A stretch of 64,000 nt of DNA from NCBI RefSeq assembly GCF_009914755.1, contig NC_060947.1; one strand, 5' to 3'. Below the pieces are notes generated by a model. It was not told where the DNA came from, did no database searches, and was given only the letters and a program-made list of their open reading frames with translations. The DNA is from the human T2T-CHM13v2.0 reference genome, Homo sapiens. Position numbers and translations under genes: made by a program. Shown here piece by piece: positions 41,742 to 54,399 of this stretch. Each line of letters starts with the position of its first letter. Positions within the stretch are counted from its first letter, which is position 1.

Positions 41742-44700
41742 CTGTAAGAGGAAGTACATCCCCAATTTGAAAAATCTTATCGTATGTCTTATTGTAAAAC
41801 AGTGCCTCCTGATGCTTTCATGTCTCCTTCCTTCTTTCCTTCTCACTCTTCTTCTCTCTCTACATCTCTCTCTCCTTTATTCTTCCTTCTCCCCATTCTT
41901 TTCTTTCTTTCTCTACCCTGTTCTTCCCCCCTCTCATCCTTCTTTCCTTCCAGGCACATGTGAACCACTTCTTTTTACATTGGGTCTCTCAAATATGGAG
42001 TATTAATCACATAAGCACGTAAATAATGGCATGCTGTTCATCTGGGAATTTTTCCAAGTAATGGTGGTTAGCAAGCTGTGTAATGAGCTTCTTGTAACCC
42101 TTTCTCTTCCCTCACTCTGAAATTAAAGGTCAGGGATCTCTCACTAGAATATTACAATGCTAAACATACCAAAAGTATCTGAAAATGTTTAGTTACCAAT
42201 AGGCAAGAAAAGTTTTCTAGTCCTTTCATTTTCATTTAAAAAATATCTCTTGGGAAACCTATTTCAGATCACGAAGTTTTACACAAATGTATAGCTAAAA
42301 CAGTCACCTATCGATCCAAATACCTATTAACAGATAAACAACAGACAATGATTCACTCATTCACCCAGGATAAAGCCATGTCTGTGTACACACAAGGACA
42401 ATGTAGTTAAAATGGGTGACTTTAGTTTGTTGCTAGAGATATGATTGAAGGAACACAGACACTTGAGTCAGACAGACATGAGCTTAAGTCTATTCTCTCT
42501 TATGTATTTGCTAGTTTTTTATGTAGAAAATGTGAATTTCCTATGTTACGTTGAGGTGATTGAGGAGAAGAAGATTAAATGAAATGATAAATGCAAAGTA
42601 TCAAACACTGCCTGGCACATAGTAAGCACTCAGTGATTACTGCTGACTGCTGCTGACATTCAAGGAGTTTCCAGTGTCTCAAGTCCTGTAGATGCCCAAA
42701 TGAGTCACTCCACACTTTGCAGATTCTTTCTGTAGTATCAGTTGCCCTTAGTGCCTTCTAGGAAGAGAAGAACATTAGTCCCCTTCAGCTCAACTGTGTA
42801 TATAGATAGGATAAGGGACTTGGGCAAGAGGAAGCTAGTGCTAGTGACTTTCTCCCATGAACACTTTTCCTTTAAGTCTTTTTATCATCACCAAAATCTA
42901 TTTGGTTTAGAGTTTCTGTCTTACTAAATGTTACCCTAGTGGCTTGAAAGGGTTAGTGCCATTTCCAAATTGAGTATATTCTGCCCTAAAAAAAATCTGA
43001 ACACAAATCCCTACACATATGCATACATTAATTTCAGCCTGCTTTTCTTCCCCGCCCAAAGGCTCAGGCTGTCTGAAGAGTAAGCTTCTAGCTTCTCTTA
43101 GGCAATCTGTATTTTAAAAAATCACTGATCCTTCCATCAGAATTACTTCCTTTCATTTCAGAGAACAATCCTATCCTGTCAAAAATACACTGCAATAGAA
43201 ATAAAGAGGAATAATAGCAGAGTATAATTTAATAGAAAGAAAGGAGGGTGAGGTAAACTATAGGCAAGAGGTATGCAAATGCTTAATGTGACACACAGAA
43301 GAAAGAAGCCATACGTAGGTATATGTGTGTTGTGTGTGTAGAGTAGTGTGTGTAAATGTGTATAGGAGCATGTTTGTATGTGTGTGGGGGCATATAATTT
43401 GTAAATTGGTATAGTGCATAGGAATGAAGCACTATGTATCTTGTTAAAGATACTGCTTTTTTGGTTCTTGAATAAGGAGGATGCTGGAAAACATCCACCA
43501 TTATCTGTACTCTTGGTTTGCACAATCCTTCCTCCCTGCTATCCCCTGCCACCATGCAAAACTTTCATACTGCGTCATTAATTCTTCCAGCCTGGGGATA
43601 GTCCCCAAATTCTCTCATTACTGGGCTGCTTAGTGCCATCAAAATTTGGATTATTAAGGAGCTGCATGAGGCCTTGTTTCCTTATAATGAAAGCACAATG
43701 ACCATCTAGATAGAGATTAATATCTCACTTGGGGTTATGTAATATTTTCTTTATTCCATTCTAGTTGCAGTCCCTCTTCCTAATTTTTCAAAATGCCACT
43801 GAAGCCCATTTCATGAAATTGCAAAGTAATCTGATGGTGATGAATCACTTTTAGAAGGAAAAAAATTTGCCGAAGCTATGGATTTGCATTCCCCATGTCA
43901 TTTTAGTTAAAATGAGGAATGCTTGGAATTTATATATAAACAGCATTGTGTTTTGGCCTTATTTATTACAAAAGACACTTGAGAGAGCTGCTTGTTTCAA
44001 TTATACTTTGCCATTGTGTGAAGAGAGAAAAAAAGTGTCTTCTTTTACTTACATATTTGCTATCAGTTTAGGACTTTTAAGGAATAGTTTGTTAAAATGG
44101 CTATTGAAAAATTTGGGGTCCTAATGTTTGTTCTCAGAGACAAATCTATGAATTTATTTTCTACCTGATAATTCATCAAATCTGGGCCTCTGTGAAAGGC
44201 AACCCAGTTGTTTTTAACATCAATGCTCTCCCTCACTATCTTCCCATCTTTCTTTTCTAATATAATTCTTCTGCCCCAAATCAAAATTAGAGGTTAAATT
44301 CTTCTTCCCCAGCACACATGGTCTTTTGCCCAACTCACTTCACACTACTCATCTTTGGTTCAAATCCCAACAACAGTCTTCTAATCTCCATCTGCAGTCC
44401 TTACCCCCATTTTCTCTTCCCTCTAATAGGTGCTAGAAAGACAAGTTCAGTTTTCTGTCTGATATCATGAAACCCCTACCATGAAATCACTGAATAATCT
44501 ACTTACCTGAATGATTAATTCTGTGAAGTTTGATTCTTTAATATAACAACAGATAAGAATCTTATTAATTTGATATTTTCGGGATCACAGAAAGTTTCAC
44601 TAGTTTTTTTCTTTAGAAACATTGTTTGCCTTCTATGGAATGGGTGAGTCCATGGATTTTTCACCATTGCTGAATCAAGCCATGAAGTTTTCCCTTTATT

Positions 44701-45011
44701 AATAAGTATTTATTGAGCCCTTAGTATGCCATTTATCCAATGAATAATAAGGAGTGGGAGAGTGGATTGAGACAAAGGATGCAAACAGTGTGGACCCTGC
44801 TCATAAAGACAAGGATAAGCTCTTGCCTTCGTTTGAAGGAATTGTATTATTGATTTGATAATCTTCCCAGGACCTAGAGAGGTGCTAATAGTTAGAGTTC
44901 AGGGTTCTAATTCTGGTTTGCTAGTAATCAAGTATTTGATTTAGGCAAAGTCTCTTTATAACTCTTTAGGTTCCTGTTTATGTGAAAACAGGGGATTGGG
45001 CTAGATACACT

Positions 45012-45048
45012 TCTCTCTCTCTGTCTGTCTCTCTGTCTCTCTCTCTCT

Positions 45049-45080
<32 letters not shown>
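45012..45080. repeat. (TC)n-(CA)n compound microsatellite
   Basis: Direct. Confidence 0.92.
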
Positions 45081-45082
<2 letters not shown>

Positions 45083-45679
45083 CACGCATACACTTGTGCC
45101 CACGTGGAAGACATATAAAGCAAGTAGTCAGCAGTGAGAATAATGAGTCAAAGAAAGCTCCTTCTAGGAGGTAAGATTTAAATTTTATTTCATCACTTAT
45201 GTGTACAGAGTAATGGTTCTGCTGAGTAATGTTATCTTACCTTAAGTTTCAGTTTAAACTAAACATATGATGAAATTACTTTCAACACGATCTTAGTATC
45301 TGTCCTCCCACTTTGGTTTTGCATACAGAAAGTAATTTTGGATGTTTGATATTCTAGTACTTGGCATATCCTACTCATTATAGATTAAGTATTTCTGGCT
45401 TCTGCCAGATGCCATTTATAACCTTTTGCCAAAACTTGTTTACATACTCAAAATTTGACTATCCACTCCTTGAAGGCAGAGACTTCAAAATCTTCTATTT
45501 ATTTATAGTGCCTAGCACAATGCCAGGCACATAATATTCTCTCATAATCTTCTGACAAAGATGTCTTTGGGAAATTATATTGAGAGATGACACCAATGTT
45601 TGGGCATTCCTATTTGAATTTTGTAAACATTATAAATTGGACCAACAGAATATGATATGGCAATAAAATCACATCAGCT

Positions 45680-46628
45680 TCAATTTATCAAGTTCTTACT
45701 ATGTGCCAGGCATTTTACATATGTTATCTCATTTAATTCTTATAACAACACTATAAGATAAATGCTATTATTCTCACTTACTTAGGGGGAAACTGAGGCA
45801 CAGAGTGGTTAAATAGTTTCCATAAGGTCATATAGCTAATAAGCACAATAAGTCTTCACTTAATGTCATCAATAGGTTCTTGGAAACTGTGACTTTAAGT
45901 GAAACAACATAGAATGAAACCAATTTTACCATAGGCTAATCCTAAACAAGAATTTCAACAGCATATTTCTGGTCACAAAAACATCATCAAACTTCTAAAT
46001 GAATACAAAAACACTTCTAATATTAAACGTTGAAATAAATGCGAGCTATACATACATTTAAGAAACATTAGTAAAAACAAGTAAAATAATTATTAACCCC
46101 AAAATCCAAAATTCCTTTCTGTATATAAAACCAAAGTGGGAGGACAGATACTAAGATCGTGTTGAAAATGATTTAATCACAAATGTTAGTTTAAACTGAA
46201 ACTTAAGGTAAGGTAAAATTTCTCAACATGACACTTATTCCAGAGTCATGGGTAACTGGAGCCTATCCTGGCAGCTCAGGGCACAAAGCAGGGACCAGCC
46301 CTGGACAAGACATGATTGCATCATATGGCACACTCACACACTCATACACTAACTCAGACTAAGACAATTTAGACACCCCAGTTAACCTAATGTGCACATC
46401 TTTGGGATATGGGGGAAAATCAGAGTACCCAGAGAAAACCCACACAGACATGGGGAGAATGTGTAAACTCCACATAGACAGTGGTCCTGACCGGAAATTG
46501 ATTATTTTTCCTCATCAACATCATAAAACAATTTTGAACAAAACAACATTATTTGAAGACCTTCTGTAATGAAGCTTGGAATTGAAAACCTGTCTAGCTA
46601 GAAACCCTTTAACCACTATTGTATTGAC
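45680..46628 (-). mobile_element. MIR interrupted by MER6A
   Basis: MIR core (gaaactgaggcacagagtggttaa) at 45680-45845, resuming at 46567. Confidence 0.75.
45846..46566 (+). mobile_element. MER6A (TcMar-Tigger) with a foreign ~130-bp insert
   Basis: caataagtcttcacttaatgtcatcaataggttcttggaaact ... tttgaagaccttctg|ta; consensus interrupted at 46101-46234. Confidence 0.88.
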
Positions 46629-46631
46629 TAC

Positions 46632-46877
46632 TTGGCATTAAAGCAAAATCATTTTCTGTGAACTAATCCATAGTCTAATTCCACAGTCTTCAGTTCCCCT
46701 CTCATCTAGAAAGAAGACAACATAGCATTTGCTTCCTTTTCCATCTTCGACCTTGAAAGATATCTATGTTTTTCCTCTTTGAAATTGACTCTAAGAAAAG
46801 TCTTCTTTCCTGAGAAAGTGAAGTGAACTTAGTATCAAGAATCTCTTTGAATGGAGAAGACGCATTCTCATTTTGTA
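46632..46877 (-). pseudogene. Pseudo-exon IQNENASSPFKEILDTKFTSLSQERRLFLESISKRKNIDIF/KVEDGKGSKCYVVFFLDERGTEDCGIRLWISSQK
   Basis: Acceptor tttctatgacttgatag; a 1-nt frameshift near 46757 restores a long protein-like frame. Confidence 0.55.
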
Positions 46878-47260
46878 CTATCAAGTCATAGAAATGTGTA
46901 ATTTTAGATTTTGAGAGCCAGATCCTTTAATAATAGATTATTAGAAACTATTGTTGATTTATTTTCCTCTGTTATTATTTAAAGACAGACTTGCTTTTAC
47001 CTTAAAGGCATTGAAATAAATGTACTAGGATGTTAATATTCTTCTCAAATTTCAACTTTGTATAGAAACAGACCCTGGATTTGTTGGCAGCTAATCAATT
47101 CATTCTGGTTAGGACTGCTTCACTTACCCCTGAATTTTAACCTGAATCTGAATACTCAGGAAGCAAATTTAAGGACTAAGAAAATAATAATTTTCCCACT
47201 TGGTAGATTGGTAGCCCAGCAAAGAAGGGGCTGTTAACATTTTAGAGTGGGAAAATTAAC

Positions 47261-47647
47261 CTGACTTTTCTGTGCAAGGGGCTTTCTCTCTTTGTTCAAG
47301 GACAATAGGCCTTTATGCAAATACTTCTCTGTCTCACTCCAGTTTAAAAGTTCTTCTGGCTGCTTGTTAGCTGTCAGTAAGTATTGTTCTCTAGTTTTCC
47401 TATCTTTTAAGGGCATAAGATCCCTTGAGCAGGCTTGGCGGGCATACATTATCCCTGACATTATTGTTGCACGTATATCTTCTAAACCATCCCAATTGGC
47501 ATATTCCAAGAATTCTCAAGGGATAGAGGTGACACCAGTGAAAGCAAGAACTGATGGTCCAAGTTGCCCAGTCAAGTGGTGATTTTGTTTCTTGAATGAG
47601 AAATCAGAACTCTGTAAGTCCCCTTCCATGGTATGGTTTATAGGAAG
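47261..47647 (-). pseudogene. Pseudo-exon LPINHTMEGDLQSS...TSIP*EFLEYANWDGLEDIRATIMSG...REQYLLTANKQPEELLNWSETEKYLHKG...LAQK
   Basis: 129-codon frame with a single TGA (47516-47518); acceptor tgttag; donor cag|gttaat (47261) or aaa|gtcagg (47266, phase 1, joins 46877 as LAQKIQNE). Confidence 0.6.
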
Positions 47648-48212
47648 CTAACATTTGTGGAATTAGACCCCTTGGTGATACGACCTTTCAGAATACCTAA
47701 TCTCAAATAATTTCAACCTTTTTTTTTTTTGGCTGCTTTTCATTGTTAAGACATATTCAGTCAAAATATTTTTGGAAAACATATGTTTTTAGCATAAATG
47801 AATATTATATTGACTCAAATTGGTTGGAAATCACAAGTTAAAACTGCTCTGTCTTCTGTAGCTAATAATTCTTGGCACTGGGATTATGTTTCAGGATGGC
47901 AGAACAGTCTGCATGAGTGCTCTGATTGGTTATAGAATATTAATTGGCTGCTGAGGTAGTGTTTAGAGCTCCAATTTAAGGTTGACAAGAATGATAGCTT
48001 TCATTTGTATGCAAAAACTTCAACTGTCCCTTCAAGAAAGATGATCACATCCTACTTCATCTGTCACTCTTTCTTTACTTTTTAATAGAGGAAAAAGAAA
48101 GGAGAATGAAAGAACCTTTATCAAACATGATTTTCAAGATTGCCTTGATGCAAATGAAGTGTCTCAATGATCTTGTTGCTTCACTAAAGCATACTTATTT
48201 ACTCTTTGTTGG

Positions 48213-48615
48213 TACCTTAGTCCATTTTCTGTTGCTATAACCGAATATCTGAGACTGGGTAATTAAAAAAGAAAAGACATTTATTTCTTACATTTCTGGA
48301 GGCTGGTAAGCCCAAGGTCTAGAGGCCACATCTGGCGCGGGCCTTTTTGTTGATGAGGAAACAAGGTGGTGCAGGGCATCCCATGACTAGGGAGCTCACA
48401 AAAGACAGCCAAACCCATTTTTTTTAACAGACCCACTATCACGATAACTAATTCACTGTCTTAAGCCATTAATCCATAAATGGATTAATTTATTCATGAT
48501 AGCAGAGCCCTCATAACCCAATCTTCTCCCAAAGGTCTCACCTCTCAACACTACTGTATTGGGGACTGAGTTCCTAACACATGAACTTTTGTGGGACACA
48601 TTCAATACCATAGCA
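48213..48615 (-). mobile_element. MST-family MaLR solo LTR
   Basis: cttagtccattttctgttgctataacc...ctgggtaatt...ttctggaggctgg ... acacattcaataccatagca. Confidence 0.85.
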
Positions 48616-48867
48616 ATCAGATTAAGAAGTACATGAACTGGAATAAGGTGAAGCTTTCATTCACTGAAAAATATCAACTACAGGGTATTGTCTCTGAGAT
48701 TTTCAAACTTTAACAGTGATTTGTTTGGCATTCTGTGAGACATTTCTTATTAGCCAAAGATAAATAACAATCTGATTTGAGGTACTAGCAAAATGAAGTA
48801 CTGACTTCCATCATCTCCATCATGCCACTCAATTGCTTATACAAAGTTGCTCAGGGAAGACCTGGTT
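48616..48867 (-). pseudogene. Pseudo-exon (RGS C-terminal signature): EPGLP*ATLYKQLSGMMEMMEVSTSFC*YLKSDCYLSLANK
   Basis: Acceptor ggtctctgctttcacatag; MMEVSTSFCxYLKSDCYLSL parallels RGS4 LMEKDSYRRFLKSRFYLDL. Confidence 0.6.
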
Positions 48868-48959
48868 CTATGTGAAAGCAGAGACCAACTGTCAGCTTAA
48901 GGAAATATATATAATGGACCCTGAAAGAATACCATATTCCAACATAATTCACTGTGATT

Positions 48960-49900
48960 TTGGATTAGATTCTACTACATATAACAGAAAACCCTGCTTA
49001 TAGTTGTTCAAACATACACGTATTGATTCTCTCAAGCAAAAAGAAACAGAAATTAGGCAGTCCAGGGTTGGTATAGTGACTTCAAGAAGTCATCAGGGAT
49101 CTACACTTTTACTTTCTTACTGCTCCTCTATTGTTTGCATCTGATTTCCATCCCAAATTTACGAGATGGCCTATGGAGCTCTAGACATAAAGTCTGTACT
49201 CTATGGAACGGATTAAAGACATGTGGTAAGTGTCACCTTGGAAACAGGAACCAGGAGGAAATAGAACATAGGGCAGGGGGCATTGTAATAGGGAAAATAA
49301 CATGGAAAGAAAAATATAGAGCAAGTCCTCAAACTCGCCTTATCATCAGAACTAGCTGTGGGAGGGCTTATTAAAAACACAGATTTCTACTCTCCATTCC
49401 AGATCCACTGGATTATATTGTCTAGTAGCGGTACCTAGAAATGAGAATTTCAACTAGCCTTCTAGGTAATTCTGGTAATAAGGCAATGTATTATCTAGAG
49501 TGATGATAGCAGCTGTAGTAAGCAAACCGAAAGATGTAGAATGGTTGAGATATGACAGAAATTTATTTTTTCTCATACAAAACGCTAGCACGTGTTCCTA
49601 ATTTAAGGATCTGGGTTCCTTCATTCTTAAAGTTTCATCATCTTTAGCATATATCTTCCAAGGTCACCATTATCACCTGTATCAAGCTGGTGGAAGAGAA
49701 AATGGTATGAAACATCTTGTGTGGAAGATTTTTATGGGTCAAGCCTGAAAGGGGTGCATATCATTTCCACTTACATTGCACTGACTAAAACTCAGACTTA
49801 TGATCACACCTAACTGCAAGGGAGGCTGGCAAATGTGTAGTATAGGTATGTGCTCAGAAAGAAAGGAGACAAGTTTTACTGAAAAGCCAGCAGTTTCTGT
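48960..49900 (-). mobile_element. Old MLT1 LTR fragments with an embedded MER5-like element (~49330-49480)
   Basis: cacacctaactgcaagggaggctggcaaatgt (MLT1J/K-like); MER5-like cttattaaaaacacagatttc...tagccttctaggtaattctg. Confidence 0.55.
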
Positions 49901-49917
49901 ATAGTAAAGTTTGGGAA

Positions 49918-50087
49918 CAGGGCTGGCCTCAGGGCCATGTGACCTATGCAGCTACACAGGTTCCTGAACTTAGAAGGGCCTCAAGTTTGGTTGAATGCCC
50001 TGATGTTACTCTCTTAAATTTCTTAATAATTTTTGAACAAGGGGCCATGTTTTTCATTTTGCACTGGACCCTACAAACTGGACCCTA
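49918..50087. mobile_element. MER91A (hAT-Tip100)
   Basis: cagggctggc...aatttcttaataatttttgaacaaggggcc...cattttgcactggaccct. Confidence 0.75.
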
Positions 50088-50229
50088 TTTAACTGGTACA
50101 GCTTAGGAAAGAATGACCCAGAGTGTGAGGCAGAGCCAGAGGAATATGGCACAGTTCAGGACTTTGGGCAGCCAGCAGGTACTGTACTTCAGAAGTGTTC
50201 ATTAATGAACCAATGTTCTTGGCCACCAG

Positions 50230-51115
50230 AGAGCCTTCTCTCAGAGTGCTATCCTGTTCTGCATTTTTTATCTGTGACTTAGATGACATATAAATGATAT
50301 TTATCACATTTTCAGATGAGAGGAAGTTGGGAGGGACAGTTAATACTTTGGAGCACATATTTCTTTTCAAAAATATCTCAGTAGTTTGGAATGATGGGTT
50401 GAAACTAACCAGATTACATTTAATAGGAAAAAAATGTAAAGCTTTTCATTCAGGTCCAAAACTCCAACTGCAAAAGCACAGTCTTAGAATTTTATTTGGC
50501 TGAGAGCACAAGCAGTGGGACTAGATTGCCAAAAATTCTAATTTAGTCTTAGTCTGCATCACAGAAAGGTAGGGTCCAGAACAATAGAAGTATTGGTTTA
50601 ATTGCACTTTAGATGACATCAGAAATTATGTGTTCAGTTTATTGTACCATATCTAAGAAACCCATTGATAGATTAGATTGTGTCCAAAAAAGATTGTCTA
50701 GGATGGAAAAGGGTTTTGGAAAACATGTCACCTGAAAGACAGTGGGCAATTGAGGAAACTAAGTGTTTAGCCTGAAAGGGGAAGAGCTTTTAGAAGGGAA
50801 GGGGGTGAAAGAGATCAAGAAATCTGTCTGCAAATGTTTTAAGCATTGGTATATAGAAGGTGTATTGGGTTTATTCTGTGTTGTTCCAGAGACCAGAAAT
50901 AGGACCAAGAGGTATAACATACAAAGAAACAAACTACAGCTGAACATAAAGAAGAAATTTTAATAAAGTTATTCCAAAATTGAAATGATTGATGTCAAGA
51001 GGCAGTGAGCCTATTGCAGAAAAGTTATCAAGCAAAGACTGAATACTGGGAACTGTGGAGGGAACTCATGTATTAGGTAGGAAGACTAGAGTCTTTGTAA
51101 TTATGACTGTCTAAG
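50230..51115 (+). mobile_element. L3/CR1 RT C-terminal fragment
   Basis: ORF 50294..50503 TFSDERKLGGTVNTLE...KKCKAFHSG corresponds to CR1 KFADDTKLGG...KCKVLHLG. Confidence 0.82.
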
Positions 51116-51169
51116 ACTAAGTACTATTGAAATGATGCAAATTGATCAGGATCTTGTTAGTCTTATATT

Positions 51170-51400
51170 TTAAAAGGACTATGAAGCCAGACTGCCTAAA
51201 TTCAAACTTCAGCTTTGTTTCTTATTACCTATGTAATCTTGGGTAGGTCACCTAATTTCTTAATGCCTCAGTTTTTTCCTATAAAATGGAGATAATAATA
51301 GTATATACCCCATACATAAAGTTATTGAAAGCATTAAATGAATTAATACTGGTGAAGTCCTTATAGTAAGCATTTTGTAAATGTTATATATTATTATTTT
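51170..51400 (+). mobile_element. MIR
   Basis: gagccagactgcct...cttgggtaggtcacctaatttcttaatgcctcagttttttcctataaaatggagataataatagta. Confidence 0.8.
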
Positions 51401-52226
51401 CCAGAAATATAGTTGGTGATAATTCTTCTATCTCTTCTTCAATGAATGTAGCCTTTAGTACAATTAGATTAATTTACACTAGACATAAAATAGAATGCTA
51501 TGGTGACAAAATCCTTTAAAACACCAAAACAAACAAACAAAAAACTGAAGTGGTCCTGTAGATATTCTTCACAGGCACCCTGAGAATGGCATAAGATAGC
51601 TATATCTCTGGGATGCAATGTTGGAAGTTGTGACTTTAGGAGGACATTTCCAGCTTTCCAGCTTATATATTTAGAGATTTTATAAAAACCTCATAGGGCT
51701 TTTTATATTTCTTAGGTCACTTGATCCTCATATTAACTATAAAACTACACAGGGCAGTTACCATATCCATTTTGAAGTTGAGGAACCTAAGCAATAGAAA
51801 AGTTAGAAAAGGTAACAGAATTGTTCAAGGTTACACTATAAATTTTTAGTGGAGCCAGGATCAGAACCCATGTATCTTAAGTTCTAGCTCAGAGCTCAGA
51901 GATAAACCAAATGGGTAGTAAGTTGCTTTTAGACTATCTAGTCTGTGGAAGAAATTTCATAAGGCTGATGAAGTGGCTTCTATTATTTTGCCAGTAACTT
52001 GCCTGTTTGCTTTGCAGCAAAATTGACATCAGCCTGAAAACCCAGCCACCCAGCTTAATTTCCTTTTTGGCTTTGCATAGGTTAGGGGGAGTCAATAAAA
52101 TCAGTGACTTATGCTGAGTGTATTATCCACACAGACACTATGGAAATATACTTGCCAGCTCAATCCATTTTTTATGCATTATTATAGATGATTTTGAAGC
52201 TTGTGGAGAATATGTGGTCCTCTTAC

Positions 52227-52360
52227 CAAGGCAGAAGCTGGCTATGTGAGTTTTAGATCTGTATCTATTTGTACAAGTACTGTGATAGCACGTGGTATTG
52301 CAGAATCGAATTTTTGAAGTGAGTGAGTCTTGCTTTGGTGATCCTGATGCTCTGTATCTC
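52227..52360 (-). pseudogene. Tentative pseudo-exon RYRASGSPKQDSLTSKIRF...
   Basis: Donor ttg|gtaaga; phase-1 exit matches 48867; GSPKQ-x-x-L recalls RGS 'GSPKEVNID'; acceptor unclear. Confidence 0.35.
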
Positions 52361-52436
52361 TATCTACCCTACTCTCACTTCTTCCCTTCGGTACCTGGCC
52401 CTTGTCCTTTCAACCTTCCTCTCATTGGTGTACCTA

Positions 52437-52484
52437 TTAGGTTGGTGCGAAAGTTATTGTGAAATTACTTTTGCACCAACCTAA
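52437..52484. mobile_element. Internally deleted MADE1 (Hsmar1 MITE)
   Basis: ttaggttggtgcgaaagttatt / aattacttttgcaccaacctaa inverted termini, TA upstream. Confidence 0.9.
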
Positions 52485-52584
52485 ATATTTACAGCCATTC
52501 ATTTACTGTGGGGTAATTAATTGGGTTCCATCCCTAGGAGAATATACAGCTCGATGTTCTCTTTAATTGGCAAATCAATGTTTG

Positions 52585-52825
52585 CTACCATTTATTGAGA
52601 ACTAAACTATGTACCAGGCCTCTGCCTAGCACTTTAGAAGCATGATCTTATTTGATCCTCATAATAATCCTAAAAAATGGGTACTATTATTATCCACAGT
52701 TATGCATCAAGGAAATGGAGTCCCAGAGGAGCTTAGGAATCATGACCAAGGTCACAAAGTAAGTGCTAGAGCCAGAACTAAGACTCAGGTGTTAACACAG
52801 AACCTATGCTTTCAACTACAACATC
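52585..52825 (-). mobile_element. MIR
   Basis: taccatttattgag...tatttgatcctcataataatcct...ccaaggtcaca. Confidence 0.75.
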
Positions 52826-53569
52826 TTAGAGTTCTGTGATCTAGATAGTGGGTGGCAGATGTTTTTGAAAGTTGAGAAAGGCTTTTCCTATAAAATAATA
52901 AACATAAGCAACCATTTGCTCTGAATTAGACTGAGATCAGCCTGATGCTAATGAACATCACAGACATTTCCAAGGTCTAGATACACATAAGACAGGTGGG
53001 GATGAGGAGCTTCTGCTGTCCCAGGAACTGAATTCTTTTCTCACGTACTATGCAGTGCCTTTTTTTTTTTTCTCCCAAGCTCTCTGAGATTAAATGGATA
53101 TATGCTAGTGAGCACTGGCTGTCAGGCTGATGCTAAAGCACTAATGGGTCATTAGCCCATAGACAAAGATCCTAAAGGGTTGGGTTTTGGTCAGACAAGT
53201 AACTAGCCTTCATGTTAAAAGCATAGCAGTAGACACTGAGTCACCTAACACAGCAAGATCTATTTGCAGGGTTTTCCCTGATTTGTAACCTCAGGTAATA
53301 ACCCCCACAAGAGTTTCCTGAAAAGCCTTTTGTTCTCTCACAAATGACCTGACCACTTTTTGACTAAAGATACTCTCAGAGAAAGTGCATATTTGCTGTA
53401 GAAACATCCAGTGGCACTAGATCAATTTGTCATAAGCTCAGAGCAGTTTTCACACCTGGGTTTCCATCTGTACTTGAATGTTCTGCAGAGGAAGTGTCAG
53501 TCCAGACTAGGGAATAATGGGATGAGGTTGGGGAAGTGAGGGGTGGGATGGAGGGGTGGTGGTGGTACA

Positions 53570-53793
53570 GACCCTTAGGTGAATTAGACTATACTTGGAA
53601 GCTGCTTCATTTAAACCAGTACAGAAAACACTATGGTGGAATTTGATTCCCCTGTCAAAGAATTAGCTTGCCTTATGGTATTTCAAAGACGTATTATTTA
53701 GAGGGTCAGGATATCCTTTGAACATCGAACCCAATTTCTTGACAAAGTTATATCAGGAGATGAATGATAATCACAGCTGACTAAATGCTTATT
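53570..53793 (-). pseudogene. Tentative pseudo-exon (RGS N-half-like): SSPDITLSRNWVRCSKDILTL*...LTGESNSTIVFSVLV*MKQLP
   Basis: Acceptor ccccattttctctgatag; P-x(7)-W-x(6)-L spacing resembles RGS helix 1; several stops. Confidence 0.3.
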
Positions 53794-54399
53794 CTATCAG
53801 AGAAAATGGGGCCATCAAAGCTCCACAGTTAACTGGCAAGTTTACTCAAAAAGTTGATTCAAAAAGGCAAGTCACCCTTTTTCATGAGATTTGGATCCTA
53901 CTTTGAAAAATTCCCAAGATTTCCTATCTCAGTTTCTGGAGACAACAATTCTTGCTTTCCTAGTCTCCGAGTTGGACTTAATGAGATAATCATGGGAAAG
54001 AGAAAGTGCTTTGTAAATTCAGTTAATTTTTTTCCTTTCTCAATTCTTCTGTATCCAGTAATCACATCTTGAAATCACCTAGCTTATATTTTTTCCTTGG
54101 AACTATGAGCAGTCATAATTGGCTCCATTTGAAAATCAATTTCAACATCATAGATCATCAGCTTATATTTGATTAATTAAATTAGTTCTCATCGGTGTTA
54201 CGAAGACAGGGAACAAGCTTGGAAACCTCCCAGAGAGCTGCCATCATGTGGGAAATTAATCAAGATTTCTAAGAGCCAGGTCCTGACTTCAGTGATGGAA
54301 ATGGAAAGTAAAACTACTTTATTTTCAGAGACTGCTCTAGTATGATTTAGTTCATTTGAAATATTATTACATATTCATCCTTGAATGATTCTGGGGGAA

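Noticed and set aside
47516-47518. In-frame TGA as selenocysteine or read-through
   Set aside because: Other exons carry TAA/TAG stops and frameshifts, and no SECIS was recognised; simple decay is more parsimonious.
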